64,000 nucleotides of DNA from an uncultured Hyphomicrobiales bacterium (lineage in GTDB: Bacteria > Bacteroidota > Ignavibacteria > Kapaibacteriales > UBA2268), in contig CAYVTD010000001.1 of assembly GCA_964454445.1 (NCBI GenBank), forward strand, positions 62,121 through 126,120. The letters are read 5' to 3'. Positions 51,825 to 60,946 of this stretch are shown here, piece by piece. The first letter of the stretch is position 1. Each line of letters starts with the position of its first letter. The position numbers and the translations under genes are program-made. Under the pieces are notes generated by a model, which did no database searches, had not been told where the DNA came from, and was given only the letters and a program-made list of their open reading frames with translations.

Positions 51825-53486
51825 CTATTTGGTTTTTCTAAATACTACATACAAGAGCAAAGCAGATATATAAATAGCGCACACGAAAGGCAGCCAATCT
51901 CCGAAAAGAGAATAGAACGTTGTTTCCTTAATAATAGGTACTCTTTCGGCAATAGATGTTGTTTTGTATTGTGGTGCACGTTTTATTGTTTCGCCACTTG
52001 CTGTGATAAAACCAGAAATTCCAGAATTTGCACAGCGGGCAATATATCGACGATTCTCAATAGCTCGCATTGTTGCAATTAAGTAATGCTGTTCAGGTCC
52101 AAAGGTATGGTCATACCAGGCGTCATTAGTTATTATAACAATTAAACTTGCACCTTTTGCTGCAAATTCGCTCACGTGGCGGGGAAAAACCGATTCGATA
52201 CAAATAACTGGTGCAATCATAAAATCTTCGCCGTTTCGCTTTACTTTCAAGTTTTTCAACTCATTACCTTTACCCCAACTCGAGATACCTACCTTCCACT
52301 CGAAAAGACCCTTGGCAAAAGGCAATAAATCGACATACGGCAGCCACTCGGAAAAAGGTGTCAGCTTCATTTTTCTGTAAATCTGTGGTGTCTTGCCCAA
52401 AGAATCTTCTGCATTAAACAGAATTGCTGAATTAAATGCTTGATAAAACGAACCACTACCGTCGCCAATTTCTTTTGCAGTAACTTCTGGTTTTTCGTTC
52501 TTGCCATAAATATATATCTCGGTAAAGCCTGTCAATAGAGAAACACCAAGGTTTTGAACTCTATTTTCAAAAAAAGTGAACTCTTTAAATGAATTGAAGC
52601 TTAAACTTAAATAAGGAATTGCCGTTTCGTTCCATACAACTAAATCGAGATTCTTTTCCGCTTGAATTAACGAATCAGTCATTATAAACTGGTGGAGCAT
52701 CTGGTCAAGGGCGCTCGATTGCCATTTCGTCCAAGGATTGATATTAGGTTGTATCAAGCCAATTTTCATAGTTTTCGATTTAGCTAGCAACTCAGTATGT
52801 TTATATTCTTTTACTCGAAAATAGCCATAGATATTAGGAATAATTAAAATAGCCAAACCTGCAGCAATATAGTAAACCAACGGTTTTTCAAACAAGATAC
52901 CGAAGCTTGTCTGTTTATGCTTAAGTTCGTTTTCGATTCTTGCTTTTCTCATAAAAAATACATATTTCAAGAAAAGAACGTTTACAATAGTAATGAAAAA
53001 GCTGATACCCCACACTCCGCTAATGTCAGCAAATTGAACCCAATAACTCCTGCCTGCTTGCGTGTAACCTACTGTAAGCCAAGGGTAGGCGAGGTCACCC
53101 ATTGTTTTCCACCACTCAAAAACGACCCAAACAAAAGGAAAAGTCCAAATGCCAGAGCTTCCAGGCAATTTGTTCCGCAGATATGAATAGAGCATCATCG
53201 GCAGAGTGAAGAAAAATGGATGGATGAAAATCAGTAAAATGCCAGCAACCATCAAATATGGGTCGGCATCCGGTTGCCAACTACCTATCCACCAATTAGT
53301 TATGCCATTATAGAAAAAAAAGGCAATATAATAATACCAGAAATTGCCCTGTGGGTGCTCTTCGCGAAGAAATAATAGAGGTGTAAAGCCAACAAAAGCG
53401 AGGAGTTCCATTCCTATTGGCGGGAAACTAAGCCCTAGCAAAATCCCAGCACTTGCAGACAACAAAAAAAGATGTGTTTTTTTCAT
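51825..53486 (-). CDS. lnt: apolipoprotein N-acyltransferase
   Basis: N-terminal 6-8 TM helices plus a C-terminal CN-hydrolase domain (Glu-Lys-Cys triad context: VVWNETA ... CIESVFP). 553 aa. Confidence 0.7.
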   Translation of the reverse strand: MKKTHLFLLSASAGILLGLSFPPIGMELLAFVGFTPLLFLREEHPQGNFWYYYIAFFFYNGITNWWIGSWQPDADPYLMVAGILLIFIHPFFFTLPMMLYSYLRNKLPGSSGIWTFPFVWVVFEWWKTMGDLAYPWLTVGYTQAGRSYWVQFADISGVWGISFFITIVNVLFLKYVFFMRKARIENELKHKQTSFGILFEKPLVYYIAAGLAILIIPNIYGYFRVKEYKHTELLAKSKTMKIGLIQPNINPWTKWQSSALDQMLHQFIMTDSLIQAEKNLDLVVWNETAIPYLSLSFNSFKEFTFFENRVQNLGVSLLTGFTEIYIYGKNEKPEVTAKEIGDGSGSFYQAFNSAILFNAEDSLGKTPQIYRKMKLTPFSEWLPYVDLLPFAKGLFEWKVGISSWGKGNELKNLKVKRNGEDFMIAPVICIESVFPRHVSEFAAKGASLIVIITNDAWYDHTFGPEQHYLIATMRAIENRRYIARCANSGISGFITASGETIKRAPQYKTTSIAERVPIIKETTFYSLFGDWLPFVCAIYISALLLYVVFRKTK

Positions 53487-53520
53487 AATTTCTTGAAAAA
53501 CAAATTGTTGGCAAGGGGCA

Positions 53521-54414
53521 TCACATTCTGTTCCGCTTTGTTAAATAGTCTCTAAGTGCCTTGTCGAAAGGAGTTTTAGTGCTTATTACATTAAAATCAA
53601 TATTATGCTCGCGACATTCTTTTTTGATATTTGCAGTAAAACTACTCATTTGTCGAGCATACGATTTTCTGATGTGATAGGGCTGAGTAACGAGTTCCTC
53701 GCCTGTTTCCAAATCTTTGAAGTTTGCCCCGTGTCCAAAATCAAAATCAATTTCCCGTGGATCAAGCACTTGAAATGCAATGACTTCGTGCTTGCGATGA
53801 CGGAAATGCTTAAGTGCATTTAAAACCGAATTTGGATCGTCTAAAAAATCGCTCATTATAACAACAAGCCCGCGTCGGCTAATGCGTTCAGCAAGTAAGT
53901 CAAGTGCGGTAGCTGTTCCTGTCTGGTTTTGAGGGCTCGTTGCATCGAGCGTTTTGAGGATTTCGTGAATATACGATTGTTTTGAACGCGGCGGCAGATA
54001 TTTATTTATTTTCGTATCATAAGTAGCCAAACCTACGGCATCTCTTTGTTTAATCAGCAAAAAAGCAATGGAAGCGGCTAAATAGGAGGCATATTCCAGT
54101 TTTGAAATATTGTCGCCTGAAGCAAACCCCATCGATGCACTCGAATCGATGGCTATTACTGAACGTAGGTTGGTTTCCTCTTCAAATTGCTTCACATAAA
54201 AACGTCCTGTGCGGGCAAAAACCTTCCAATCGAGATGTTTAATATGGTCGCCGGGACGATATTGACGATGCTCGGCAAATTCAACGCTGAAACCATGATA
54301 GGGAGAGCGGTGCAAACCGGTGATGAAACCCTCCACAACAAGCCGGGCCTTCATTTCGATATTTTCGAGCTGTGCTATTACCTGCGGCTGCAAATACTTG
54401 CGGTAATCTTCCAA
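53521..54414 (-). CDS. DUF58 (vWA-like) domain protein
   Basis: RSVIAIDSSASMGF MIDAS-like motif. The length and pattern fit MoxR-associated DUF58 proteins, but no MoxR gene is nearby. Confidence 0.55.
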   Translation of the reverse strand: MEDYRKYLQPQVIAQLENIEMKARLVVEGFITGLHRSPYHGFSVEFAEHRQYRPGDHIKHLDWKVFARTGRFYVKQFEEETNLRSVIAIDSSASMGFASGDNISKLEYASYLAASIAFLLIKQRDAVGLATYDTKINKYLPPRSKQSYIHEILKTLDATSPQNQTGTATALDLLAERISRRGLVVIMSDFLDDPNSVLNALKHFRHRKHEVIAFQVLDPREIDFDFGHGANFKDLETGEELVTQPYHIRKSYARQMSSFTANIKKECREHNIDFNVISTKTPFDKALRDYLTKRNRM

Positions 54415-54493
54415 TACTTTTATTCCATTGAATTAGATTAATTCATTATAATAAATAAAAGACGGTAAAAAGCGAAAGATAGTTTGTTTTGTT

Positions 54494-55234
54494 TTATCTA
54501 TACAATTTGCATTTTACAATGCCTGCCTTGTGGAAAAAGTGGCAAAACGAGGTACTAAGAACGCCAAAACCATAAGTAACACTGCGGTGAAAATTTATTG
54601 ATGATGCTTCTTTGAAATATTTTGTTGGGCATGTTATTTCAGCAATTTCAAAACCAGCCATAAATATTTGTGAGAGCATTTGGTTATCGAAAATAAAATC
54701 ATCAGAATTAATATTATAATTTATTGATCGCAACACTTCAGCCGAAAAGGCACGATAACCAGTATGATATTCCGAAAGTTTCTGACATATCATATAATTT
54801 TCGAAGAGCGTAAGAAATCTGTTAGCGACATACTTATATCTTGGCATGCCGCCACGAAGAGCTCCTCTGCCTAATATCCTTGAACCAAGCACTACCGGAT
54901 AAACTTCATTAGCAATAAGGTAAGACATTGAGTGGATAAGCTTTGGAGTATATTGATAATCTGGATGGAGCATAATAACGATGTCGGCACCGAGCACAAG
55001 GGCTGTATTGTAACAAGTCTTTTGATTGCCTCCGTAACCCTTGTTTTTCTCGTGCTTTATCACGTGTTTTATTCCTAATTTTTCTGCTTCTCCAATGGTA
55101 TTATCAGGGCTGGCATCGTCCACAAGCACAACATCATCGACAATTTCAAAAGGAATCTCCTCGTAAGTTTGTTTTAAAGTTTTTTCAGCTTTGTAAGCAG
55201 GCAAAACAACAACAATTTTTTTCCCGTTTATCAT
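54494..55234 (-). CDS. GT2 glycosyltransferase, polyprenol-phosphate mannose/glucose synthase (Dpm1/GtrB)-like
   Basis: IVVVLPAYKAEKTL, VDDASPDNT (DXD region), soluble at 246 aa. Confidence 0.65.
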   Translation of the reverse strand: MINGKKIVVVLPAYKAEKTLKQTYEEIPFEIVDDVVLVDDASPDNTIGEAEKLGIKHVIKHEKNKGYGGNQKTCYNTALVLGADIVIMLHPDYQYTPKLIHSMSYLIANEVYPVVLGSRILGRGALRGGMPRYKYVANRFLTLFENYMICQKLSEYHTGYRAFSAEVLRSINYNINSDDFIFDNQMLSQIFMAGFEIAEITCPTKYFKEASSINFHRSVTYGFGVLSTSFCHFFHKAGIVKCKLYR

Positions 55235-55310
55235 AATTTAATGTTCTTGGTAACCAAACATTTTTAAGTTTCATAAAATAATAATACAAAATTACTAAGG
55301 AATAAGGTAA

Positions 55311-56081
55311 TTAAAGAACAAAATCTTCAAAAACAGAATAAATACCTTTTAATACAATGTCTCTTGAGATGACAACCCTAAATTTCCAATTTTCCATTGC
55401 AGGATAGACGAGAAGGGCTGCTCCACCGGTCAGAAAAACAAGCGGAATGTCGGCTTTTAAATTCTGTTGATTAATCTCTTCGCAGATATACATAATACCG
55501 GCGGCACAACTTCTGATAATACCGCTATTCATTGCCTCTATTGTATTTTCACCAGCTGCTTTCTCACTATATTTCAAACTAATTGGGCTCAAAGCCTTTG
55601 TTAATCTGCCAAGAGCATAGTTTTGGCTTTCTGCCCCTGCAAAGATAGCTCCTCCAACACATTTATAATCCTTATCGACAGCATTTATTGTAATTGCAGT
55701 GCCACAATCCACCGTGAAAAAAGGCGGTTTACTTTGTTTCACTGCTCCGAGCATTCCAAAAATCCTATCGCTACCCATACCAGTTATATTTGAAAAATCG
55801 AGCTGTGAATTATTCTGTGCATAAACCATAGCATCAATAAATTCCACATCGAAATGCTCTCCAATGAATCTTTTAAAAATATCGAGTTTTTCACTATTTA
55901 CTGATGAATAGGCAATAACAAACGGACATCGGCCTTCCTTGTTCAATAACTCAATAATCTCTGTTTGCCACCCATTTATGTATTTGAAAGCATGTGAGAA
56001 ACTCTTTGAGAACAGCTTTATTCGGCTATTGCCGATATCTACAGCTATGGCGAATCGTTCTTGATTGGTAAATGAAGACAT
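55311..56081 (-). CDS. coaX: type III pantothenate kinase
   Basis: FAIAVDIGNSRIKLF N-terminal ASKHA phosphate-1 motif, GMGSDR, GGA motifs. 256 aa. Confidence 0.8.
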   Translation of the reverse strand: MSSFTNQERFAIAVDIGNSRIKLFSKSFSHAFKYINGWQTEIIELLNKEGRCPFVIAYSSVNSEKLDIFKRFIGEHFDVEFIDAMVYAQNNSQLDFSNITGMGSDRIFGMLGAVKQSKPPFFTVDCGTAITINAVDKDYKCVGGAIFAGAESQNYALGRLTKALSPISLKYSEKAAGENTIEAMNSGIIRSCAAGIMYICEEINQQNLKADIPLVFLTGGAALLVYPAMENWKFRVVISRDIVLKGIYSVFEDFVL

Positions 56082-56104
56082 AATATTTAAAGCAATCCCT
56101 ATAT

Positions 56105-56746
56105 TTATTGATTAATAGTTTCCGATATATCTGCAAGCATTCTATCAGCAATCGCCGCAACTGCCTTGCTAAAGGCGGGAGCAATGGTTTCGACTTTGTT
56201 ACCGATCCGTGATGCTCTTTCAGTATATGTCCTATTTAATATTACTTTGTTGTCCACAGAATTATCCTTTTTCTTCATCAAGTTTGCTTGGATTGTAACA
56301 ACAACATAATTTGAATCAGGTATGTTTTTATTATTATATGCAATAAATTCAAGTATTTGACCTTCGAGAACATAGTTGGGAGCTATATAAGAAGATTCTT
56401 TGATAGTGCCATCAGTAAAGGCGTCAAGCTTGTTGTAGCGCTCGATGAAATAATCAGTTATGAGAGAAGGACAATCAGTCGTCCAGCGATGGTAATAATA
56501 CTTTTGGAGGCGATTGTCGCTGTCGACTGCTATCAGATGCTCGGTTTCCAAGTCGATAGGGCTAGTGAAATATCTGAGCAAAAGGGCGCCGCTGCTTTTT
56601 TCAAGATTTTTTATTTGCAATGGCTCTTGCTGCAAGCGATAATAAATAATCTCGGGGTATTCTTCGCGCAAGTTAATACACCCCGAAAACATTATTAAAC
56701 TTAAAATGAACAGCTGGTATTTCTGGATTTTCATTTTGCTCCCCAA
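56105..56746 (-). CDS. lipoprotein, possibly ABC-transport auxiliary component (PqiC/YmbA, DUF330-like)
   Basis: Lipobox-like FSGC. The YYYHRWTTDCPSLITDYF block resembles the DUF330 Y..RW core. Weak. Confidence 0.3.
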   Translation of the reverse strand: MGSKMKIQKYQLFILSLIMFSGCINLREEYPEIIYYRLQQEPLQIKNLEKSSGALLLRYFTSPIDLETEHLIAVDSDNRLQKYYYHRWTTDCPSLITDYFIERYNKLDAFTDGTIKESSYIAPNYVLEGQILEFIAYNNKNIPDSNYVVVTIQANLMKKKDNSVDNKVILNRTYTERASRIGNKVETIAPAFSKAVAAIADRMLADISETINQ

Positions 56747-56869
56747 TAAATTTCGCTATTACAATATAGTAATATATAGACTATTTTTACAAAAAAAATT
56801 GTATAAAAATAATAATTTTTAAATTTATAAATCGTTTAAATTGATATTATTTTATTAATCGAAACGATA

Positions 56870-57598
56870 ATGGTTTATTTTATATCGGATTTGCATCTTG
56901 GCATTCAAGAGCGTAGTTTGGACAAGTTGAGAGAGGACTTGTTACTCGATTTCCTAAAGAAAATCGATGGCGATTGCGAGACCTTGTTTATCCTCGGCGA
57001 TTTATTCGACTTTTGGTTTGAATACAAGCAGGTAGTGCCAAAGTATTTTTACCGCACTTTGGCAGCATTAGCAGAATTGACGAAATCTGGAAAAAAAGTC
57101 GAATATTTAATGGGAAACCACGATTTCGGACATATCGACTTTTTTGAAAAAGAATTAAACATCACTGTTTACAAAGAAGATATTACACGTGAAATAAATG
57201 GGAAAAAGTTCTATCTATCGCACGGCGATGGCAAATCGTATAAAGACAGGCTTTACAAATTAATGAAAAAAATCTTGCGCAGTCCTATTAATCTCCGTTT
57301 ATACCTTGCTCTTCATCCGGATTTCGGCATTGCTCTCGCCTCTTCGTCCTCCAAATCGAGCCGGGCATATACTGATACTAAAGATTATGGCAATATCGAA
57401 GGAATGGAAGAGTTTGCAAAAACAATAATTAATGAAGGATTTGATTATGTGATAATGGGCCACAGGCACAAGATTATTGATATTGATTTCGGCAAAGGCA
57501 GATATATCAACATAGGTGAATGGATCGACAATCCAAGTTTTGCCCGCTTCGATGGCAATGATGTACAAGTGCTTTCAGTAAAAGATTTTTTATCCTAA
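56870..57598 (+). CDS. calcineurin-like metallophosphoesterase, UDP-2,3-diacylglucosamine hydrolase (LpxH)-like
   Basis: MVYFISDLHLG, GDLFDFW, GNHDF, GH metal-ligand motifs. 242 aa. Confidence 0.55.
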   Translation: MVYFISDLHLGIQERSLDKLREDLLLDFLKKIDGDCETLFILGDLFDFWFEYKQVVPKYFYRTLAALAELTKSGKKVEYLMGNHDFGHIDFFEKELNITVYKEDITREINGKKFYLSHGDGKSYKDRLYKLMKKILRSPINLRLYLALHPDFGIALASSSSKSSRAYTDTKDYGNIEGMEEFAKTIINEGFDYVIMGHRHKIIDIDFGKGRYINIGEWIDNPSFARFDGNDVQVLSVKDFLS

Positions 57599-57846
57599 AA
57601 AACAATAACAAATTATTATTTTCTCATATATTTACAAATATTTTTTGCCTTTTGTAGCTTCTATGCTGAGGCAGTAAATATGTTGATAAATCAAGCTGAA
57701 AATATTAAGCGGTAAATGTTTTTATATTTTATAGGTTACACAGATATGAAAACGACTTGTCCTCAAAATTCAAGTTTTCAACAAAAAGAAAAATTTGTTT
57801 TTTTATTAATATAATTCTTTTGTATATTGCAATATAATATATATGG

Positions 57847-57954
57847 TTCTTTACACTTAAAATTGAACTGTTTTCTGTTAAAAAAATGGGGAGACCCTTA
57901 TTCTTTACACCTTAAATTGAACTGTTTTTTGTTTAAAGAATGGGGAGACCTTAA
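57847..57954. repeat. 2 x 54-bp near-identical tandem direct repeat
   Basis: Unit 1 (57847-57900) is TTCTTTACAC-TTAAAATTGAACTGTTTTCTGTTAAAAAAATGGGGAGACCCTTA. Unit 2 (57901-57954) is TTCTTTACACCTTAAA-TTGAACTGTTTTTTGTTTAAAGAATGGGGAGACC-TTAA. Identity is ~88%. Confidence 0.8.
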
Positions 57955-58073
57955 CTAATCTCAAAGAAAGTAGGGTAACTTATGATTGTTTTATACTGAT
58001 TTCGAAAATAAATCACAGTCGATTACAAATAATTGTTATACAAAACTATTTAACAATTATATTAAGAGAGACA

Positions 58074-58397
58074 ATGAAAATATTTATTAGACTATTGGTT
58101 ATGATAGTGTTGATTTTATCAACATTCAACTCTAGATCATATTCTCAAATCTCATGCAGTGCACCATGGTTTGGAATAACAAAAAGTTATATTTTTTCAG
58201 CTCAATGTACAGTAAAAGTACATCTTTGTGTTTATTGTCATCCTGAAGCACCTATAGTAGATATTATTGCTATGGGATTATCTGATGTTTGCCCCGATGT
58301 ATCTGCTGCTACAATTTTTCAATTCGTGCAATGGCAAGTTTTAAATGATTATGCCAGTTTTTGTGGTTCAAAACCATGTTATCCGGTCCACCTTTAA
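58074..58397 (+). CDS. small secreted cysteine-rich protein; probably the N-terminal half of a frameshifted gene
   Basis: Signal peptide MKIFIRLLVMIVLILSTFNSRSYSQ and 8 Cys in an 82-aa mature part. Ends 36 bp after a T5 run. Confidence 0.45.
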   Translation: MKIFIRLLVMIVLILSTFNSRSYSQISCSAPWFGITKSYIFSAQCTVKVHLCVYCHPEAPIVDIIAMGLSDVCPDVSAATIFQFVQWQVLNDYASFCGSKPCYPVHL

Positions 58398-58690
58398 GAA
58401 TAAATTACTCTATTCCTATCTGCGTCAAAAAGAGTTACAATTATTTAAAAAATAGTTTGTCTATTTATTCTTGTTCAAATATAAGTGGTAATAATGCTTG
58501 TTATAAAGAATTTGATGTTTGTTGGAATGCTGTTCCTTTTCCAGGGCAAATATCAGTTACTCCAATCAGATGCTATACTTACGGACCATCAGATTGCCCT
58601 GGAGTTGAACCACCACCTGATCCTAAATTGCCATGGTTGAGTGATTGGGAAAGTCCAGAATGCTATGAAATTAAATGTGAAACATTTTGA
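58361..58690 (+). CDS. cysteine/proline-rich ORF in an overlapping frame (TTG start); probably the C-terminal half of the same gene
   Basis: 10 Cys and no signal peptide of its own. Its frame is reached from the upstream ORF by a +1 T at 58358-58362. Confidence 0.4.
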   Translation: MWFKTMLSGPPLRINYSIPICVKKSYNYLKNSLSIYSCSNISGNNACYKEFDVCWNAVPFPGQISVTPIRCYTYGPSDCPGVEPPPDPKLPWLSDWESPECYEIKCETF

Positions 58691-58750
58691 TATTGAGAGG
58701 AGTAAATTTCTTTACTCCTCATTTTTTTTCATGAATATAGGATCATAATT

Positions 58751-60946
58751 ATGAAATATTATACTATTTTAATCTTTTTTGTTTGTACACTTGCATATTC
58801 CAGTAATATTGAAATTATTCCATTAAACACTAATTTTAATGGGTTAATTAATACACCATACAACATATTAATCTATGGGGATAATGCAGTATATTTTTTG
58901 TCAACCGATAAAGGAGATACTTGGCAGCAGAAAACACTAAATGAATTTGGAAACATTGTTCAAATGACTTTCGAAAAAGATAAGATATATGGGGTTTTAG
59001 ATAATGGTGTAATTGTTCGGTCTGATGATTATGGGAAAACCTGGATTAAAAAGAAAATGACATTAAATAGTGGAGATAAATGCATATCATCATATTTAAG
59101 TAATAATAAGTTTTTTATAAGAACTCTCAACTCAATTAAATGCTTCTATGATGATTTGAATTTTGCTTATGAATCCATTGATCCGTTATTAAAACTCGAT
59201 CAATCATATTACATTTATTACAAATGCTTCTTTGTTCTTGACACATTACTATTTGCTACAATATATAAAGACAATCATAGTTCGGTTTTAATTATGAATG
59301 AGAATTTAGTTAGGATTAATGATGAGAATTTGAATCAGATAATTAATTGCAAATACTGCATTCTTGATGATGTATTTAATTATCAATCAAAAGTTGTTGT
59401 AAAAGTGGATGATAATTTATTTTTTACTAATGAAAACTTGACAGATTTACAACCAGTTCTCAAAGATACTAACATTTTAAATAATTTAATTAATTCTGGC
59501 CTAATGTCATATACATTAAATATAATCAATAACAAAATTTATATTGCAAGTAGTAAACAAAACAATGCGTTCAAAATTGGTAGATATTTTGGTTATCCAA
59601 CAACAAATCATAATATAGGGATAAATATAGTAGATAATATTGCTGATTCACTTAAACTTGTAGGAAATTATTTCGAAAATAAGTATTATACATATACATC
59701 AGATCCGAATTATTTTCTTTGGGATGGTATCTATAGTTCAGTATATTTTAATAAATTATCGGTTATTGAAGATTCAATATTTATTTTATATGGTCAGAAT
59801 AAAACAATTTTAATATCAAAAAATAATGGTATATCTTGGAAATTATTGTCTTACTTTCCATTTAGTGTACCAAAACTAATTTTAAATGATTCCACATTTT
59901 ATTTTGTGACTGAAGAAACAGATAATGTTGGGATTTACAGATCTGATGATAGTGGATTAACTTTCAAACCTGTTGAGTTAATGGATTCAGTTAGCCATTA
60001 TCAGCATTTTTCAAATGCACCTGTCTTTTATATGGATTCAACTGGTAATGGTTTTTTTACTGGTAATAAGGCAGTCGACAGTTATAAGAATAATTTTGCA
60101 TTTACAAAAGATTTTGGAAAAAGTTATAAATTTCTATCTTTTAATGATATATATATTTTTCCCAATGATATGTACTCATCAAACATTATTAAGGCAAAAG
60201 ATAAATATATATTTGCAACTAATTTAATACGCGGGAAAAATTATAGTTACTTACACTTTTTAGATACAAATTATAGTTCTATTAAGCGAATTAAAATAGA
60301 TAGCCTATATCAAATTCATCATATAGTATCTGAAGACCCAAAAGAATTAACTTGTTATACTTCTTATAATGATAGTATTTATTCTAAACCATATAAGTTC
60401 GAGATTAGTTATTCAATAGATAGTGGAAAAACCAAAAATCCTATAATAACATTCCCCATAAATGGCGAAATATCCCAAATATTCGAATATAATAAAGATT
60501 CTATTTTCATTAGTTCAACCGGAGTTAATAGAGTTTATCTTTTTGATAAAAAAAGACTCAAAATTGATACCGTTTTTATTAATGATGAAAGTGACTTATC
60601 ATTTTTAAAAGTAATATATCTTAAAAATAGATTCTATTTAATCGGAGATAATTTCTTTAAAGAAAGTATCCAAAAAAATGATTTTTCAAATTTTCGTGAT
60701 GTGCATTGGGATAATAGTCAACCATATTTCACTTCTGTGATTTCAGGCAATAACTCACTTGTTGCTTCTCTTAAAGATAGTTTAAGAGCTTTGAACTTTT
60801 ACAAATTAAATTTTAACGATACAATAGAAACAAATGTATCACAAACTGAAACAAGATATGCTACTCCCCAAGAATTGAACAGCTATTTCAAGCGAGACAA
60901 GAAAAGCAGGGTAATAAGCCAGAAAAAAGAACTATCAATTCTTTAA
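58751..60946 (+). CDS. secreted Asn/Ile/Tyr-rich BNR (Asp-box) repeat protein
   Basis: Signal peptide. Repeated Asp-box-like motifs (TDKGDTWQQ, SDDYGKTWIK, KNNGISWKL, SDDSGLTFKP, TKDFGKSYKF, SIDSGKTKNP). Very AT-rich codon usage. Confidence 0.55.
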   Translation: MKYYTILIFFVCTLAYSSNIEIIPLNTNFNGLINTPYNILIYGDNAVYFLSTDKGDTWQQKTLNEFGNIVQMTFEKDKIYGVLDNGVIVRSDDYGKTWIKKKMTLNSGDKCISSYLSNNKFFIRTLNSIKCFYDDLNFAYESIDPLLKLDQSYYIYYKCFFVLDTLLFATIYKDNHSSVLIMNENLVRINDENLNQIINCKYCILDDVFNYQSKVVVKVDDNLFFTNENLTDLQPVLKDTNILNNLINSGLMSYTLNIINNKIYIASSKQNNAFKIGRYFGYPTTNHNIGINIVDNIADSLKLVGNYFENKYYTYTSDPNYFLWDGIYSSVYFNKLSVIEDSIFILYGQNKTILISKNNGISWKLLSYFPFSVPKLILNDSTFYFVTEETDNVGIYRSDDSGLTFKPVELMDSVSHYQHFSNAPVFYMDSTGNGFFTGNKAVDSYKNNFAFTKDFGKSYKFLSFNDIYIFPNDMYSSNIIKAKDKYIFATNLIRGKNYSYLHFLDTNYSSIKRIKIDSLYQIHHIVSEDPKELTCYTSYNDSIYSKPYKFEISYSIDSGKTKNPIITFPINGEISQIFEYNKDSIFISSTGVNRVYLFDKKRLKIDTVFINDESDLSFLKVIYLKNRFYLIGDNFFKESIQKNDFSNFRDVHWDNSQPYFTSVISGNNSLVASLKDSLRALNFYKLNFNDTIETNVSQTETRYATPQELNSYFKRDKKSRVISQKKELSIL

